From NCBI GenBank assembly GCA_050012475.1, contig JBEKHC010000002.1, positions 32,001 through 96,000 on the forward strand: DNA of 64,000 nucleotides. The letters run 5' to 3'. This document shows, piece after piece, positions 17,021 through 30,102 of this stretch. Within the stretch, counting starts at the first letter, position 1, and every line of letters begins with the position of its first letter. A model generated the notes under the pieces. The model did no database searches. It saw nothing but the letters and a program-made list of their open reading frames with translations, and was not told the DNA's origin. The stretch comes from Candidatus Velthaea sp. (GTDB lineage: Bacteria; Vulcanimicrobiota; Vulcanimicrobiia; Vulcanimicrobiales; Vulcanimicrobiaceae). The position numbers were made by a program, and so were the translations under genes.

Positions 17021-19438
17021 ATGGCGTTCCAACATCCGGCGCTGTCGCCGCGGCAAGCTGAAATCGCGAACCTGGTCGCGGGCGGCAGGTCTAACCGTGA
17101 AATCGCGGTGGCCCTTCACTTGAGCGAACGGACCGTCGAATCGCACATCGCCACGCTGTTCAACAAACTCACCGTCCGCTCGCGCACCGAACTGGTCGCG
17201 GCTGTCTTGCGTTCCGCGGCCGCGCTCTCGCCGGACTGCATAAAGACGAACCTCCCGCTGCAGCTCAACCGCCTTGTCGGCCGCGAGGCCGAGGTCGCGC
17301 ACCTCACGGCCCTGCTCGCCGCCGAACGGCTGGTCACGATTACCGGTGCGGGCGGTGTCGGTAAGACGCGCGTGGCGTTGCAGGTCGGAGCGGCGCTCGT
17401 AAATGCGTATCCGAGTGGGGCATGGTTGGTCGAACTTGCGGCGCTCGGCGAACCGGCGCTGATCGGCACCGAGATCGCGCGCGCGGTGGGCGTCGACATC
17501 TCCGGCACGACCGATCCACTCGAGATGCTGGGTGCGCGATTCGCGCGGCAGACGCTGCTGCTCGTGCTGGACAACTGCGAGCACCTCATCACCGGTGCGG
17601 CGCGGGTCGCCGAAACACTGGCGCGACACTGTCCGAACCTGCGAATTCTTGCGACCAGCCGCGAGCCGCTCAAGATTGCCGGCGAGCACAGCTATCGATT
17701 GCCATCATTGCGCGTCCCGCCGCTCGAAACCGCGCGTGGGCAACCGGCGGCGGCGATCGGCGCGTACGAGGCCGTCGAGCTCTTCGTAGACCGCGCGCGC
17801 GCCGTCGAAGATCACTTCACCGTGACCGACGAGAATGCGCCGGCCGTCGCCCGGATTTGCCGCCGGCTCGACGGCATTCCGCTCGCCATCGAGCTCGCTG
17901 CCGCTCGCATCAACGTCCTCCCGGTGAACGCGTTGGCGGAGCGGCTCGACCAACGTCTTCGCATCTTGACCGGCGGCCTGCGCACGAGCGTGCCGCGCCA
18001 CCAAACGATGCGCGTGCTCATCGATTGGAGTTACAACCTGCTCGCACCGGCCGAGCAGCGCTTGTTCGAGCGGCTCGCAGTTTTTGCCGGCGGCTGCACG
18101 CTTGCCGCTGCCGTGGCTGTCTGCAGCGGCGCGGAAGTCGATGACGATGCGATGTTCACGCTGCTGGGTTCGTTGGTCGATAAATCGCTCGTCAGCGCCG
18201 ATTTGGAAGCCGCCGAACCACGCTACCGGCTCGCCGAGTCCGCGCGTGAATACGCGCGCGAGAAGCTCGCCGAGCGAGGCGAGCTCGGGGCCGCGGTCGC
18301 GCGTCAGCGGCTATACCTGCGCGATCTCTTCGCAGCAGCTCGAACGCGCGCGGAGCGTACCGGGTGGTCGTCGGAGATCGGTTCACTGTTGCGCAATGAG
18401 CTCGACGATGTGCGTGCTGCGCTCGACGAGGCAGCCGGCCGTGACCTGCCCGAGCTAGGCGCCGAGCTGCTGGATGCGATCGATGACGGATGGATTTCGA
18501 TCGGGCTAGAGGGCGAAGGCTGCGCGCGGCTGGAGCGTTTGGCCGTGCTTCTGCCGGACGGCGAACGGCGGCTGACGTCCGCCCTCTGGGCCGCATTCGC
18601 TCGCCTAGCGGCGTTTTTGAAGCCGGTTCGAGCGCTCGAAGCGGCAGCGACGGCGGTGGAAGCTGCGCGCGATGCCGACGATCGCGACCTTCTTGCGCGG
18701 GCCTTGACCACGTACGCGGTCAGTCTTAGCCGCGTCCGCCAGTTTCAGGATGCCGCGGCGGCTCTTGCGGAAGCCGACGCCCTGGCGCCGTCGCTTAACG
18801 TCGCTCTTCGCCTGCGAATCACGGGAAGCAAAGCTCTGTTGTCCTATTTCCTGGGCGATCTGGAGGGTGCCGCCCAAGGCTACGAATTTTTGCGCGACAC
18901 GCATTTCCGGCTCGGGAATGTTGCTGAGGCCGCGTCCATCGCACTTGACCTCGCGGAAAACAAGCATCAACGCGGTCAAACCGAGATCGCGATCGCGCTC
19001 GTCCAGGAGGTGCTTCCGGTGCTGCGCGCCGGCTCCGACCGGCGGACGCTCTTGCTTGCGTTAGCAAACCTCTGCGGCTATTTTGTCGCGCTCGATCGCC
19101 TTGCGGAAGCGCGCGCCGTTGGACGTGAGGTGTTCCAGGACGGTTCGGAGCACGATCGCGATCGAACGACGTTCGTCAACACGATCGAGCACTCGGCTCT
19201 CGTGCTCGCTCTTGACGGCGACGTGCGCCGCGGCGCGCAACTGGCGGGATACACCGACGCCGCCTACGCGCGAGCCGGCTTTCACCGTGAATACACGGAG
19301 TCGACGACGCGAGCCCGTCTCGCAGCACTCTTTCGCGAACGGCTCACGCCCGCCGAATGCGAAGCGCTGCTCGCCGCGGGAGCTGCGCTCTCGATCGAGG
19401 CGGCAATCGCTCTCGCGCTCGCGGATCGTGCCCCATGA
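17021..19438 (+). CDS. LuxR-HTH + STAND ATPase + TPR-like transcriptional regulator
   Basis: LSPRQAEIANLVAGGRSNREIAVALHLSERTVESH (LuxR HTH), Walker A GAGGVGKT, LVLDNCEH, GIPLAIELAAAR. Confidence 0.9.
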   Translation: MAFQHPALSPRQAEIANLVAGGRSNREIAVALHLSERTVESHIATLFNKLTVRSRTELVAAVLRSAAALSPDCIKTNLPLQLNRLVGREAEVAHLTALLAAERLVTITGAGGVGKTRVALQVGAALVNAYPSGAWLVELAALGEPALIGTEIARAVGVDISGTTDPLEMLGARFARQTLLLVLDNCEHLITGAARVAETLARHCPNLRILATSREPLKIAGEHSYRLPSLRVPPLETARGQPAAAIGAYEAVELFVDRARAVEDHFTVTDENAPAVARICRRLDGIPLAIELAAARINVLPVNALAERLDQRLRILTGGLRTSVPRHQTMRVLIDWSYNLLAPAEQRLFERLAVFAGGCTLAAAVAVCSGAEVDDDAMFTLLGSLVDKSLVSADLEAAEPRYRLAESAREYAREKLAERGELGAAVARQRLYLRDLFAAARTRAERTGWSSEIGSLLRNELDDVRAALDEAAGRDLPELGAELLDAIDDGWISIGLEGEGCARLERLAVLLPDGERRLTSALWAAFARLAAFLKPVRALEAAATAVEAARDADDRDLLARALTTYAVSLSRVRQFQDAAAALAEADALAPSLNVALRLRITGSKALLSYFLGDLEGAAQGYEFLRDTHFRLGNVAEAASIALDLAENKHQRGQTEIAIALVQEVLPVLRAGSDRRTLLLALANLCGYFVALDRLAEARAVGREVFQDGSEHDRDRTTFVNTIEHSALVLALDGDVRRGAQLAGYTDAAYARAGFHREYTESTTRARLAALFRERLTPAECEALLAAGAALSIEAAIALALADRAP

Positions 19439-19498
19439 TCGCCATTTCGGTTCAGGGCCGGCTTGCGCCGTGTCACCCGCGCGTTCCAATGTGTCGCT

Positions 19499-19864
19499 CT
19501 ACACTCTGCCCGGTGGGCGCGTCATTGCGTAGGCGTCCCAGCCGAAATCGCGTTGCGGTAACGGGTCGAAGCCTTCCCGCTCGAAACGGACATCGAGATT
19601 GACGCGATACGGGACCGCTCCGGCCGCGGCCAGATCCGCGCCGAAGCCGGGGAAGAGGTCTTCGAGCGCCTGCAAACCGCCAACGAGGATTGCGTGCGTA
19701 TGTTGGTCTTGCGGCGTCCCCGACCGGTGCGCCGCAATGGACGGCAGCACGTCGCGGTGGAGCAGCGTCACGCGCTCGAAGCGAGCGCTGACCGCGCGCG
19801 CGCTCGCAAGGCCGGCGAGTCCGGCGCCGACCACGATCGCGTGTTTGCCGAGCGGCGCGCTCAC
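19499..19864 (-). pseudogene. FAD-dependent oxidoreductase/monooxygenase, C-terminally truncated
   Basis: Rossmann motif HAIVVGAGLAGLASA...HRSGTPQDQHTHAIL. It stops after 121 aa, far shorter than this family usually is. Confidence 0.75.
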
Positions 19865-20239
19865 AGCGTTGCGCTACGTGAGCGGCGCATCGGCGAAGCG
19901 CTGCGTCACCACGTCCTTGCACGGCGCCACGATTATGCCCGTCGAGTCGGTTTGGGAGCTTACGCCGGCGGACCTGGCGGTACCGATTACTTCATCAAAC
20001 GTCGCCATGTCGTCCCTCTTCAGGTGCTTCTTGAGCGGATCGGAAATCGAACGCACCCGAAATGAAACGCGCTTTGGAGGTCGGATACAGCCCGTGCGCG
20101 CGGGATACGCTTGAGGATACCGGTCGCACCCAGACCGATCATCCGGGAAAACCCTGAATAAGCGTCAGCCGACATCGCCGGGCGACGCCCGTATTTTTAG
20201 CCGCCGCGATCGTCCGTCACGAACTCCGCGTTGGAGACG

Positions 20240-20656
20240 CTAATTTGGTTGCTGCGGCGTTGTGCGGCGCGCGAGCAGCGCGTCGAGCGAGAAGCGATCG
20301 GCGCTCAGCGTGGCAAGCAGGGCGGCGTACACGAGTTCGTACACGAGTTGCTCGGCCAGCGCACTGTGCTCGCCGCGTAATGCGGTGCCGAATGTCAGCG
20401 ATGCCATGAGCAGTGCTCCGCCGACGAGCGCGGGCCGCCCGAACAGGCCAACGATGAGCAGCAAGCCGACCAGCGCTTCGGCGAACGGCAGCCCATAGGC
20501 ATACGGGGTCACCAGCGCGGACGGCAAGATGCCGGCGAACTGCTTGATGACCCCGCCGGCAAACCCGTTCAGGTGCGGGAAGCGCTGAACGCCGTGCAGG
20601 CAAATGTTCAGGCCGAGCGTCACCCGCAAGATCGCATGCGCCAGGGCAGCGTTCAC
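20240..20656 (-). CDS. DoxX-family membrane protein
   Basis: ILRVTLGLNICLHG...LPFAEALVGLLLIVGLF...FSLD. Confidence 0.85.
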   Translation of the reverse strand: MNAALAHAILRVTLGLNICLHGVQRFPHLNGFAGGVIKQFAGILPSALVTPYAYGLPFAEALVGLLLIVGLFGRPALVGGALLMASLTFGTALRGEHSALAEQLVYELVYAALLATLSADRFSLDALLARRTTPQQPN

Positions 20657-20691
20657 GCCGTCGTCCGCGTCGCCGAATCGTTTGCGGGCCG

Positions 20692-23600
20692 CTATGGATG
20701 TGCCGCCTCCGCCGGCCGCAGCACGCCGTCAGGTGAAGGCGCGGGCGTTTCGCTGGGCGGGATGCCGTGCGCGCCCACGAAGTGCTCGGGCGCGAGCCAC
20801 ATATACATGATCGGCACGAGCACCAGCGTGAGGATGAGCGAACTGGTGATGCCGCCGATCACGACGACGCCGAGGCTCGAGCGCACGCTGGAGCCCGGTT
20901 CGAGCGCGAGCGCAAGCGGGAAGTTGCCCGCGATGACCGAGACGCTGGTCATGATGATGGGGCGGAAACGGGTGAAGGCGCTCTCCTGAATGGCTTGCAG
21001 TTTGCTTTCACCGCGTTCGCGCAGCGTGTTGGCATAGTCGACGAGCAGGATGCCGTTTTTCGTCACCAGTCCGACGAGCAAGATCGTACCGATGAGCGAG
21101 AACAGGTTGAGCGTCTCACGCGTCAAGGCGAGCGCTCCAAGCGCACCGACCGCCGCGACGGGCACCGAGAACAGGATGATGAACGGCGAACGGTAGCTGT
21201 TGTAGAGCGCAACCATCAGCAAGAACACCAGCACGACCGATAGGATCAGCGACGTGCCCAAACCCAAGAGCGTCTGCCCCATGAGGTCTTGTTGACCCAG
21301 CGGCGCCGGGCGCACGACGATGGTCTGCGGCCACTTCTGCTGCTTCGCAACGGCTTGGATCTTGTTCAAAAACGCGTTTTGCACGTTCGAGAGCGACGAT
21401 CCGGCGGCGACGTTCGCGCTGATATGCACGACCGAGTTGCGGTCGACGCGGATGATGATCGGCGGCGCCGGCTCCCATTTGAACGTCGCGAAATCGCCAA
21501 GGTGCACGATTTGATTGGTGGTGGAGCGGATCGGGATCGCGTTGAATTCGGCGAGGCTGGTTTGATCCTCGATCGGATAGATCACTTGCACTTGTTCGAG
21601 GCCGTCGGTCGTCTCGAACTGGGTCGCGATCGATCCGCCGAACGCCGCGCGCGCGGCGTTCGCAGCCGTGCCGATACTGACGTTGAGCGCTTGGGCCCGC
21701 GCGCGGTCGAAGAGCAGCTCGACCTGCGGCTGCTGCGCCGAGTCCGAGCTCAGGACGCTGCGTGCGCCCGGCGTTTGCTGCATGACCGTATAGGCGGTCT
21801 GCGCGTATTTTGTGGGATCGCCGCCACCGATATCGCTCACCAGTTCGTCGATCGGTTGGGCGTTGCCGCCTTGCGTGCCCGTGGCGGGAACGACGACCGG
21901 AGCGCCGGCCGGAACGGTGCGCTGGGCGATTTTGCGGAACTGCGCAACCCAGTAATCGGTGGAGTCGTGCCGATCGGCGCGCAGCCAAACATGGACTTGG
22001 CCGACATTGCCCTGGCTCACGAACCCGCCGAACGGTGCCGCGTACGCACCGCAGACGGCGATGTCGGCATCGATGTCGGCATTGTTCTTGCGCAGCGCCG
22101 TTTCGAGCCCGTTCATCTTGCTGCAGACCGTGCTCAATGGCGTGCCGATCGGATATTGCACCTGGATGAAGATCTCGCCGCGATCTTGCGGCGGGATGAA
22201 CTCCTCGCCGACGATGCCGGTGGGGATAAGCAAGACGGAGCCGACGAACGTCACCAGACAGATCAAAACGAACGGAATACGGTGCCGCAATCCCCAGGGC
22301 AAGACTTTGTGCGCGTAATGGCTGCGCAGATTGCTGAACCCGCGCTCGAACGCGCGGATGATGCCCCACGGCTGCCAGTTGCTGCGCAGTGCCCAGTTCG
22401 CCGCCAGCGACGGCGTGATCGTGAAGCAGACGAACAGGGAGGTCAGCGTCGAGATGACGACCACGACGCCGAACTCGGCAAGATTGCGGCCGACTTGGCT
22501 TTGAATGAACGCGATGGGCAAAAACACGACGACGTCGACGAGCGTGATGACGATCGCCGCGACGCCGATCTCCGTCCGGCCGGTGATCGCCGCCGCGACC
22601 GGATCCTGGCCCATCTCGAAGTGGCGTTCGATGTTTTCGAGCACCACGGTCGAGTCGTCGACGAGGATACCGATGACGAGCGTCATGCCGAGCAACGAGA
22701 TCGTGTCGAGCGTCAACCCGAGCATCTTCATCGCGAACAGCGCGACGCCCAGCGATGCCGGAATCGCGATGAGCACCACGATGGCGTTGCGCCACGACCC
22801 CAGGAAAAACAACATCACAATGCCGGTCAGCACGATGCCTTCGGAAAGGGTCCGCATCACGCCGTCGAGCTGCATCGCCGTGTATTTCGATTGGACGTTG
22901 ATGACGCCGAAATTGATGTCGGGGAACTGCGCACGGATCTTCGGCAGTTGGGCGAGCACGTTGTTCGATGCGTCGACTTCTGATGCGTCGGAGGCCTTCT
23001 GAATTTGCAGGAACACGCCGTTGAGCCCGTTCACGCCGGCGGCCGTGCGGCGCGGCTCGTAGCTGTCGGCGACGCTCGCAACGTCGGCGATGCGCAGGAC
23101 GGAGGCCGCCGAGGTCCACGGATCGATCGTGCCCGCGTTGCCGCCGACGGCGCCTGCCGTCTGCGCGGTCACCGTGGACGTCAACGGGGAAATCGCCAGA
23201 CCCAGAATCGATTCGGGCGAGATGATGTCGCCCCGGATGTCGACGTTGACTTCGCGATTGGGTTGATAGACGATGCCGCCCGGCGCGCGGACGTTACTCG
23301 CGCCGACGGTGTTGATGACGTCGGTGAGCGTCAGTTTATTGGCGACGAGCCGCTGCGGATCGACGGTGACTTCGTAGGCCGGCGTGACGTTGCCGCCCTC
23401 GGTCACGTTCGAAACACCCGGGACCTGCTCGAAGGCCGGAACGATACGGCCTTGCGCGATGAGCGAAAGTTTGCTGGCGGTCATCTTGGACGACGTCAGC
23501 GAAAGCGTCACGACGACGGCTTCGCTGGGATCGTTCACTTGAACGACGGGCGCCGTCAAATCGGTCGGCAGATTGTGGCTTGCCGCCTGGACCGCTTTTT

Positions 23601-23925
23601 GCACGTTGACGAGGTCGGTATTTTCGTCGGAATTGAGCGTGAAGATGGCCGCGATCGTGGCCTGCCCGTTTTGAATGGTCGAGTTCATCGTTTGCAGATC
23701 GGGGCTTCCGGCGATCTGGTCTTCGATCGGCGCAACGATGCTGTCGCGCATCACGGTCGTGGTCGCGCCGTTGTAGGTCAGCTGCACGCGGATCGTCGGC
23801 TGCGATACGTTCGGGTACTGCTGACGAACCAGCGTCGCCCACGCGATCGATCCGGCGAGCAGGATGAGGGCGAGCAGCACGAAGACCAGCGTCGGGCGCC
23901 GGACAAAAAGCGTCGTCAGCCACAT
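20692..23925 (-). CDS. RND efflux transporter permease (AcrB/AcrD/AcrF family)
   Basis: 1077 aa; GILVDDSTVVLENI, GLVTKNGILLVD, RFRPIIMT. Confidence 0.95.
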   Translation of the reverse strand: MWLTTLFVRRPTLVFVLLALILLAGSIAWATLVRQQYPNVSQPTIRVQLTYNGATTTVMRDSIVAPIEDQIAGSPDLQTMNSTIQNGQATIAAIFTLNSDENTDLVNVQKAVQAASHNLPTDLTAPVVQVNDPSEAVVVTLSLTSSKMTASKLSLIAQGRIVPAFEQVPGVSNVTEGGNVTPAYEVTVDPQRLVANKLTLTDVINTVGASNVRAPGGIVYQPNREVNVDIRGDIISPESILGLAISPLTSTVTAQTAGAVGGNAGTIDPWTSAASVLRIADVASVADSYEPRRTAAGVNGLNGVFLQIQKASDASEVDASNNVLAQLPKIRAQFPDINFGVINVQSKYTAMQLDGVMRTLSEGIVLTGIVMLFFLGSWRNAIVVLIAIPASLGVALFAMKMLGLTLDTISLLGMTLVIGILVDDSTVVLENIERHFEMGQDPVAAAITGRTEIGVAAIVITLVDVVVFLPIAFIQSQVGRNLAEFGVVVVISTLTSLFVCFTITPSLAANWALRSNWQPWGIIRAFERGFSNLRSHYAHKVLPWGLRHRIPFVLICLVTFVGSVLLIPTGIVGEEFIPPQDRGEIFIQVQYPIGTPLSTVCSKMNGLETALRKNNADIDADIAVCGAYAAPFGGFVSQGNVGQVHVWLRADRHDSTDYWVAQFRKIAQRTVPAGAPVVVPATGTQGGNAQPIDELVSDIGGGDPTKYAQTAYTVMQQTPGARSVLSSDSAQQPQVELLFDRARAQALNVSIGTAANAARAAFGGSIATQFETTDGLEQVQVIYPIEDQTSLAEFNAIPIRSTTNQIVHLGDFATFKWEPAPPIIIRVDRNSVVHISANVAAGSSLSNVQNAFLNKIQAVAKQQKWPQTIVVRPAPLGQQDLMGQTLLGLGTSLILSVVLVFLLMVALYNSYRSPFIILFSVPVAAVGALGALALTRETLNLFSLIGTILLVGLVTKNGILLVDYANTLRERGESKLQAIQESAFTRFRPIIMTSVSVIAGNFPLALALEPGSSVRSSLGVVVIGGITSSLILTLVLVPIMYMWLAPEHFVGAHGIPPSETPAPSPDGVLRPAEAAHP

Positions 23926-23937
23926 ACCAGACCGGCC

Positions 23938-27501
<3,564 letters not shown>

Positions 27502-27671
27502 CGCGGCGCTTCAGTCGGGTGCGCGACAATCTTTACGGACGGTTGCGCTGCGGCGGGCACGTTTCTGAACATCCTGACGGCAGGGCGGCGTATCGGGCAG
27601 GACTAATTGGGCGAGACCCCTTTTTGGGGTGAAGACAGAGAAAAAAGCTTACCTACTGTGGAGTGTTTCGC

Positions 27672-28919
27672 ATGCCGACTGAACCGTCGGGCCACTCGCA
27701 GTCGACTTCAGCGGCCGATTCGGCCGCTGAGAGCGATGTAGCACGTCCCTTCAAGGGATTCGCTACGCGAGCGATCCGTATAGGCCAAGATCCGTGTAAA
27801 TCGACCGGATCGACCATCGTCCCCATCTACCAAACCGCGACGTTCACCCAAGAATCCGTGGGCGTCACCAAGGGCTTCGACTACTCGCGCTCGGCCAATC
27901 CAACCCGCCGAGCCTTGGAATCCGCCCTCGCCGATCTCGAAGGCGCCCGCTTCGGAAGCGCGTTCGGATCCGGAATGGCAGCCGTGAACGCTGCAACCGC
28001 ATCGTTCTTGCGCACCGGCGACCACATTCTAGCGACGCGCGACATCTACGGCGGTACCTGGCGCCTCCTGAGCGACGTCCTGCCGCGCTTCGGCATCGAA
28101 ACCAGTTATGTCGACATGGCCGATCTCGACGCCGTTCGGGCAGCGATCAGGCCCAACACCAAGCTGTTCTGGGTTGAGACACCGACGAATCCGCTGCTGA
28201 CGCTCATCGACATCCAGTCGATCTGCACGCTGCGCCGGCCCGGGCAGATCGTCGTCGTCGACAACACGTTCTGCTCGCCGTATTTTCAGCGGCCGCTCGA
28301 ACTCGGCGCTGACGTCGTCATGCACTCGACCACCAAGTACATCAACGGGCACTCCGACGTGGTGGGCGGCGTGGTCATCACCGACAACGCCGATCTCGCC
28401 GCGCAAGTCGCGTTCCATCAGAACGCCGTCGGCGCCGTCCCCGGTCCACAGGACGCCTATCTGACGCTGCGCGGCGCCAAGACGCTCGCGCTGCGCATGC
28501 GCGAACACGAGCGTAACGCCCACGCGGTGGCCGATTGGCTCAGGACGCGCGAGGACATCGCGGAGGTCTACTATCCGGGTCTGGCCGATCACCCGCAGCA
28601 CGAGCTGGCGAAGCGCCAAATGCACGGCTTCGGCGGGGTCGTGTCGTTCCGTGTGCGCGGGGAGGCGACGCGCGCCCACGATCTCGCCAAACGCACGCGC
28701 ATCTTCAACCTCGCGACGTCGCTGGGCGGGGTCGAATCGCTGATCTGCAGCCCGGCCGTCATGACCCACGGGTCGCTCCCGCTCGAGAAGAAAGCCGAAC
28801 TCGGCGTGACGCCGGATCTGCTTCGGCTTTCGGTCGGGATCGAAGACATCGATGACATCATCGCCGACCTTCAGGCCGCCCTGGACGCGACGATCGAACA
28901 GGCGCTCGTCCCGGCCTAA
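27672..28919 (+). CDS. Cystathionine gamma-synthase/gamma-lyase family PLP enzyme
   Basis: YSRSANPT, ETPTNPLL, DNTF, HSTTKYINGHSDV (PLP lysine), SLGGVESL, LRLSVGIE. Confidence 0.93.
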   Translation: MPTEPSGHSQSTSAADSAAESDVARPFKGFATRAIRIGQDPCKSTGSTIVPIYQTATFTQESVGVTKGFDYSRSANPTRRALESALADLEGARFGSAFGSGMAAVNAATASFLRTGDHILATRDIYGGTWRLLSDVLPRFGIETSYVDMADLDAVRAAIRPNTKLFWVETPTNPLLTLIDIQSICTLRRPGQIVVVDNTFCSPYFQRPLELGADVVMHSTTKYINGHSDVVGGVVITDNADLAAQVAFHQNAVGAVPGPQDAYLTLRGAKTLALRMREHERNAHAVADWLRTREDIAEVYYPGLADHPQHELAKRQMHGFGGVVSFRVRGEATRAHDLAKRTRIFNLATSLGGVESLICSPAVMTHGSLPLEKKAELGVTPDLLRLSVGIEDIDDIIADLQAALDATIEQALVPA

Positions 28920-28937
28920 CCAACCGCCGGCTTGACA

Positions 28938-28969
28938 AAGGCTCCCGTCGCGGACGCAACGGGAGCCTT
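28938..28969. terminator. Probable bidirectional terminator hairpin
   Basis: AAGGCTCCCGT / ACGGGAGCCTT 11-bp inverted repeat between convergent genes. Confidence 0.7.
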
Positions 28970-28988
28970 CTTGCGGCCCGAACGCGGT

Positions 28989-29312
28989 CTAGGGCGCGAA
29001 CATTGCCTGGAGCGTGGTCAGAATGTCGCCCATGGTCCGGGCATCCACTTTTCCGATGCGTTTCCCGAGCCGAACGGTATCGACCGTTCGCAGTTGATCG
29101 AGAACGACCGACGACGGCCTTCCGGCGACGGTTGTCGTCACTCGAAAGCGGAGCTGGCGTACCGTGCTCGTGAGCGGGGCTACGATGACTCGGCTGAGCC
29201 GGCTATTCAATTCGTCGGGCGATACGACGATGCACGGACGCGTTTTTTGAATTTCCGATCCAACAGCCGGATCGAGTGCGACCCAGTAGATCTCACTCCG
29301 TTTCGCTACCAA
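28989..29312 (-). CDS. mazF: Type II toxin, PemK/MazF family endoribonuclease
   Basis: IYWVALDPAVGSEIQKTRPCIVVS...VAPLTS...LDQLRTVD. Confidence 0.92.
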   Translation of the reverse strand: MVAKRSEIYWVALDPAVGSEIQKTRPCIVVSPDELNSRLSRVIVAPLTSTVRQLRFRVTTTVAGRPSSVVLDQLRTVDTVRLGKRIGKVDARTMGDILTTLQAMFAP

Positions 29313-29563
29313 ATAAGTTCGCCGCGCGACGAGGCGTCGAGATCGGCCTCGAGCCAGTCGCGTTCCTCCGCGCCATCGACCACCGAAGCGGCGTCGTCGG
29401 CCCAGCCTTCGCGCGGATGGACAGCGATCTTGCGAAGGATGATCGACGACCCGTCGACGGTCATCTCAACCGGAGAGTCGATCGCGAAGCCTGCTTCGTC
29501 CAGGATATTTCGCGGAATGGAGACGCCCTGCGAATTTCCTAGCCGCCGTATCGTCGTCCTCAT
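29306..29563 (-). CDS. mazE: Type II antitoxin, AbrB/MazE family
   Basis: MRTTIRRLGNSQGVSIP swapped-hairpin motif, acidic C-terminus, overlaps the toxin start. Confidence 0.9.
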   Translation of the reverse strand: MRTTIRRLGNSQGVSIPRNILDEAGFAIDSPVEMTVDGSSIILRKIAVHPREGWADDAASVVDGAEERDWLEADLDASSRGELIW

Positions 29564-29579
29564 GTAGTACATTGTAACA
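29563..29579 (-). promoter_or_regulatory. Palindromic operator / -10 region of the TA operon
   Basis: TGTTACAATGTACTACA directly abuts the antitoxin ATG and contains a TACAAT -10-like hexamer, suggesting a leaderless transcript. Confidence 0.55.
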
Positions 29580-29626
29580 CGCATCTGGTCACCCTGCCAA
29601 TCCGCCATGCGGGAGGCCACCGTGCC

Positions 29627-30094
29627 TCAATGCAGCCGGCGAATGATGACTTTCGCGAACGGTTCGACTTCGTCGTATGAGGCCATGTGGCTTTGCGGTA
29701 CGACGCGGACCGCGACGTCGCGGTGGTGCTTGACGACGTACACCGTGCCGTTGTAAAGCGTCACCTCCGCGCCCAAGCCGCCGACGTGTCGGGCGAGACC
29801 GGCGGCGTTCGGATCGTTGTACACGCTGATGCCGGGATAGTCGCTGCCGGGATCGGGGGTGATGACGATGACTTGGCCCTGCGAACTGGAGATGAAGCAC
29901 ATCGCGCCGGTGCCGCCGTGCAGGTCGTAGGGGCGCCGTTCGCGCCCGTCGACGGTCCAGCCCAAGAGGTGCAGCACGTCGTCGTTCGTGACGAAGGCGC
30001 ACGGATTGAGCGGTTTCTCGATCGAAGCGCGCGCTGCCGCCGGATTTCCGGCAAAGGCCAGCGTCACGGCGAGTACCACCCACCCGGTCAGCAT
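29627..30094 (-). CDS. Hypothetical secreted protein
   Basis: Signal peptide MLTGWVVLAVTLAFAG; NPCAFVT...GAMC Cys pair; follows nnr in the same operon. Confidence 0.65.
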   Translation of the reverse strand: MLTGWVVLAVTLAFAGNPAAARASIEKPLNPCAFVTNDDVLHLLGWTVDGRERRPYDLHGGTGAMCFISSSQGQVIVITPDPGSDYPGISVYNDPNAAGLARHVGGLGAEVTLYNGTVYVVKHHRDVAVRVVPQSHMASYDEVEPFAKVIIRRLH

Positions 30095-30102
30095 CTTTGC
30101 CA

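Noticed and set aside
19874..20008. 44-aa ORF (MATFDEVIG...) with an RBS upstream of the FAD-oxidoreductase remnant
   Set aside because: No recognisable motif; probably a remnant of the same decayed operon.
27502..27671. SAM riboswitch upstream of the cystathionine gamma-synthase/lyase gene
   Set aside because: The conserved SAM-I/IV core sequences were not found.
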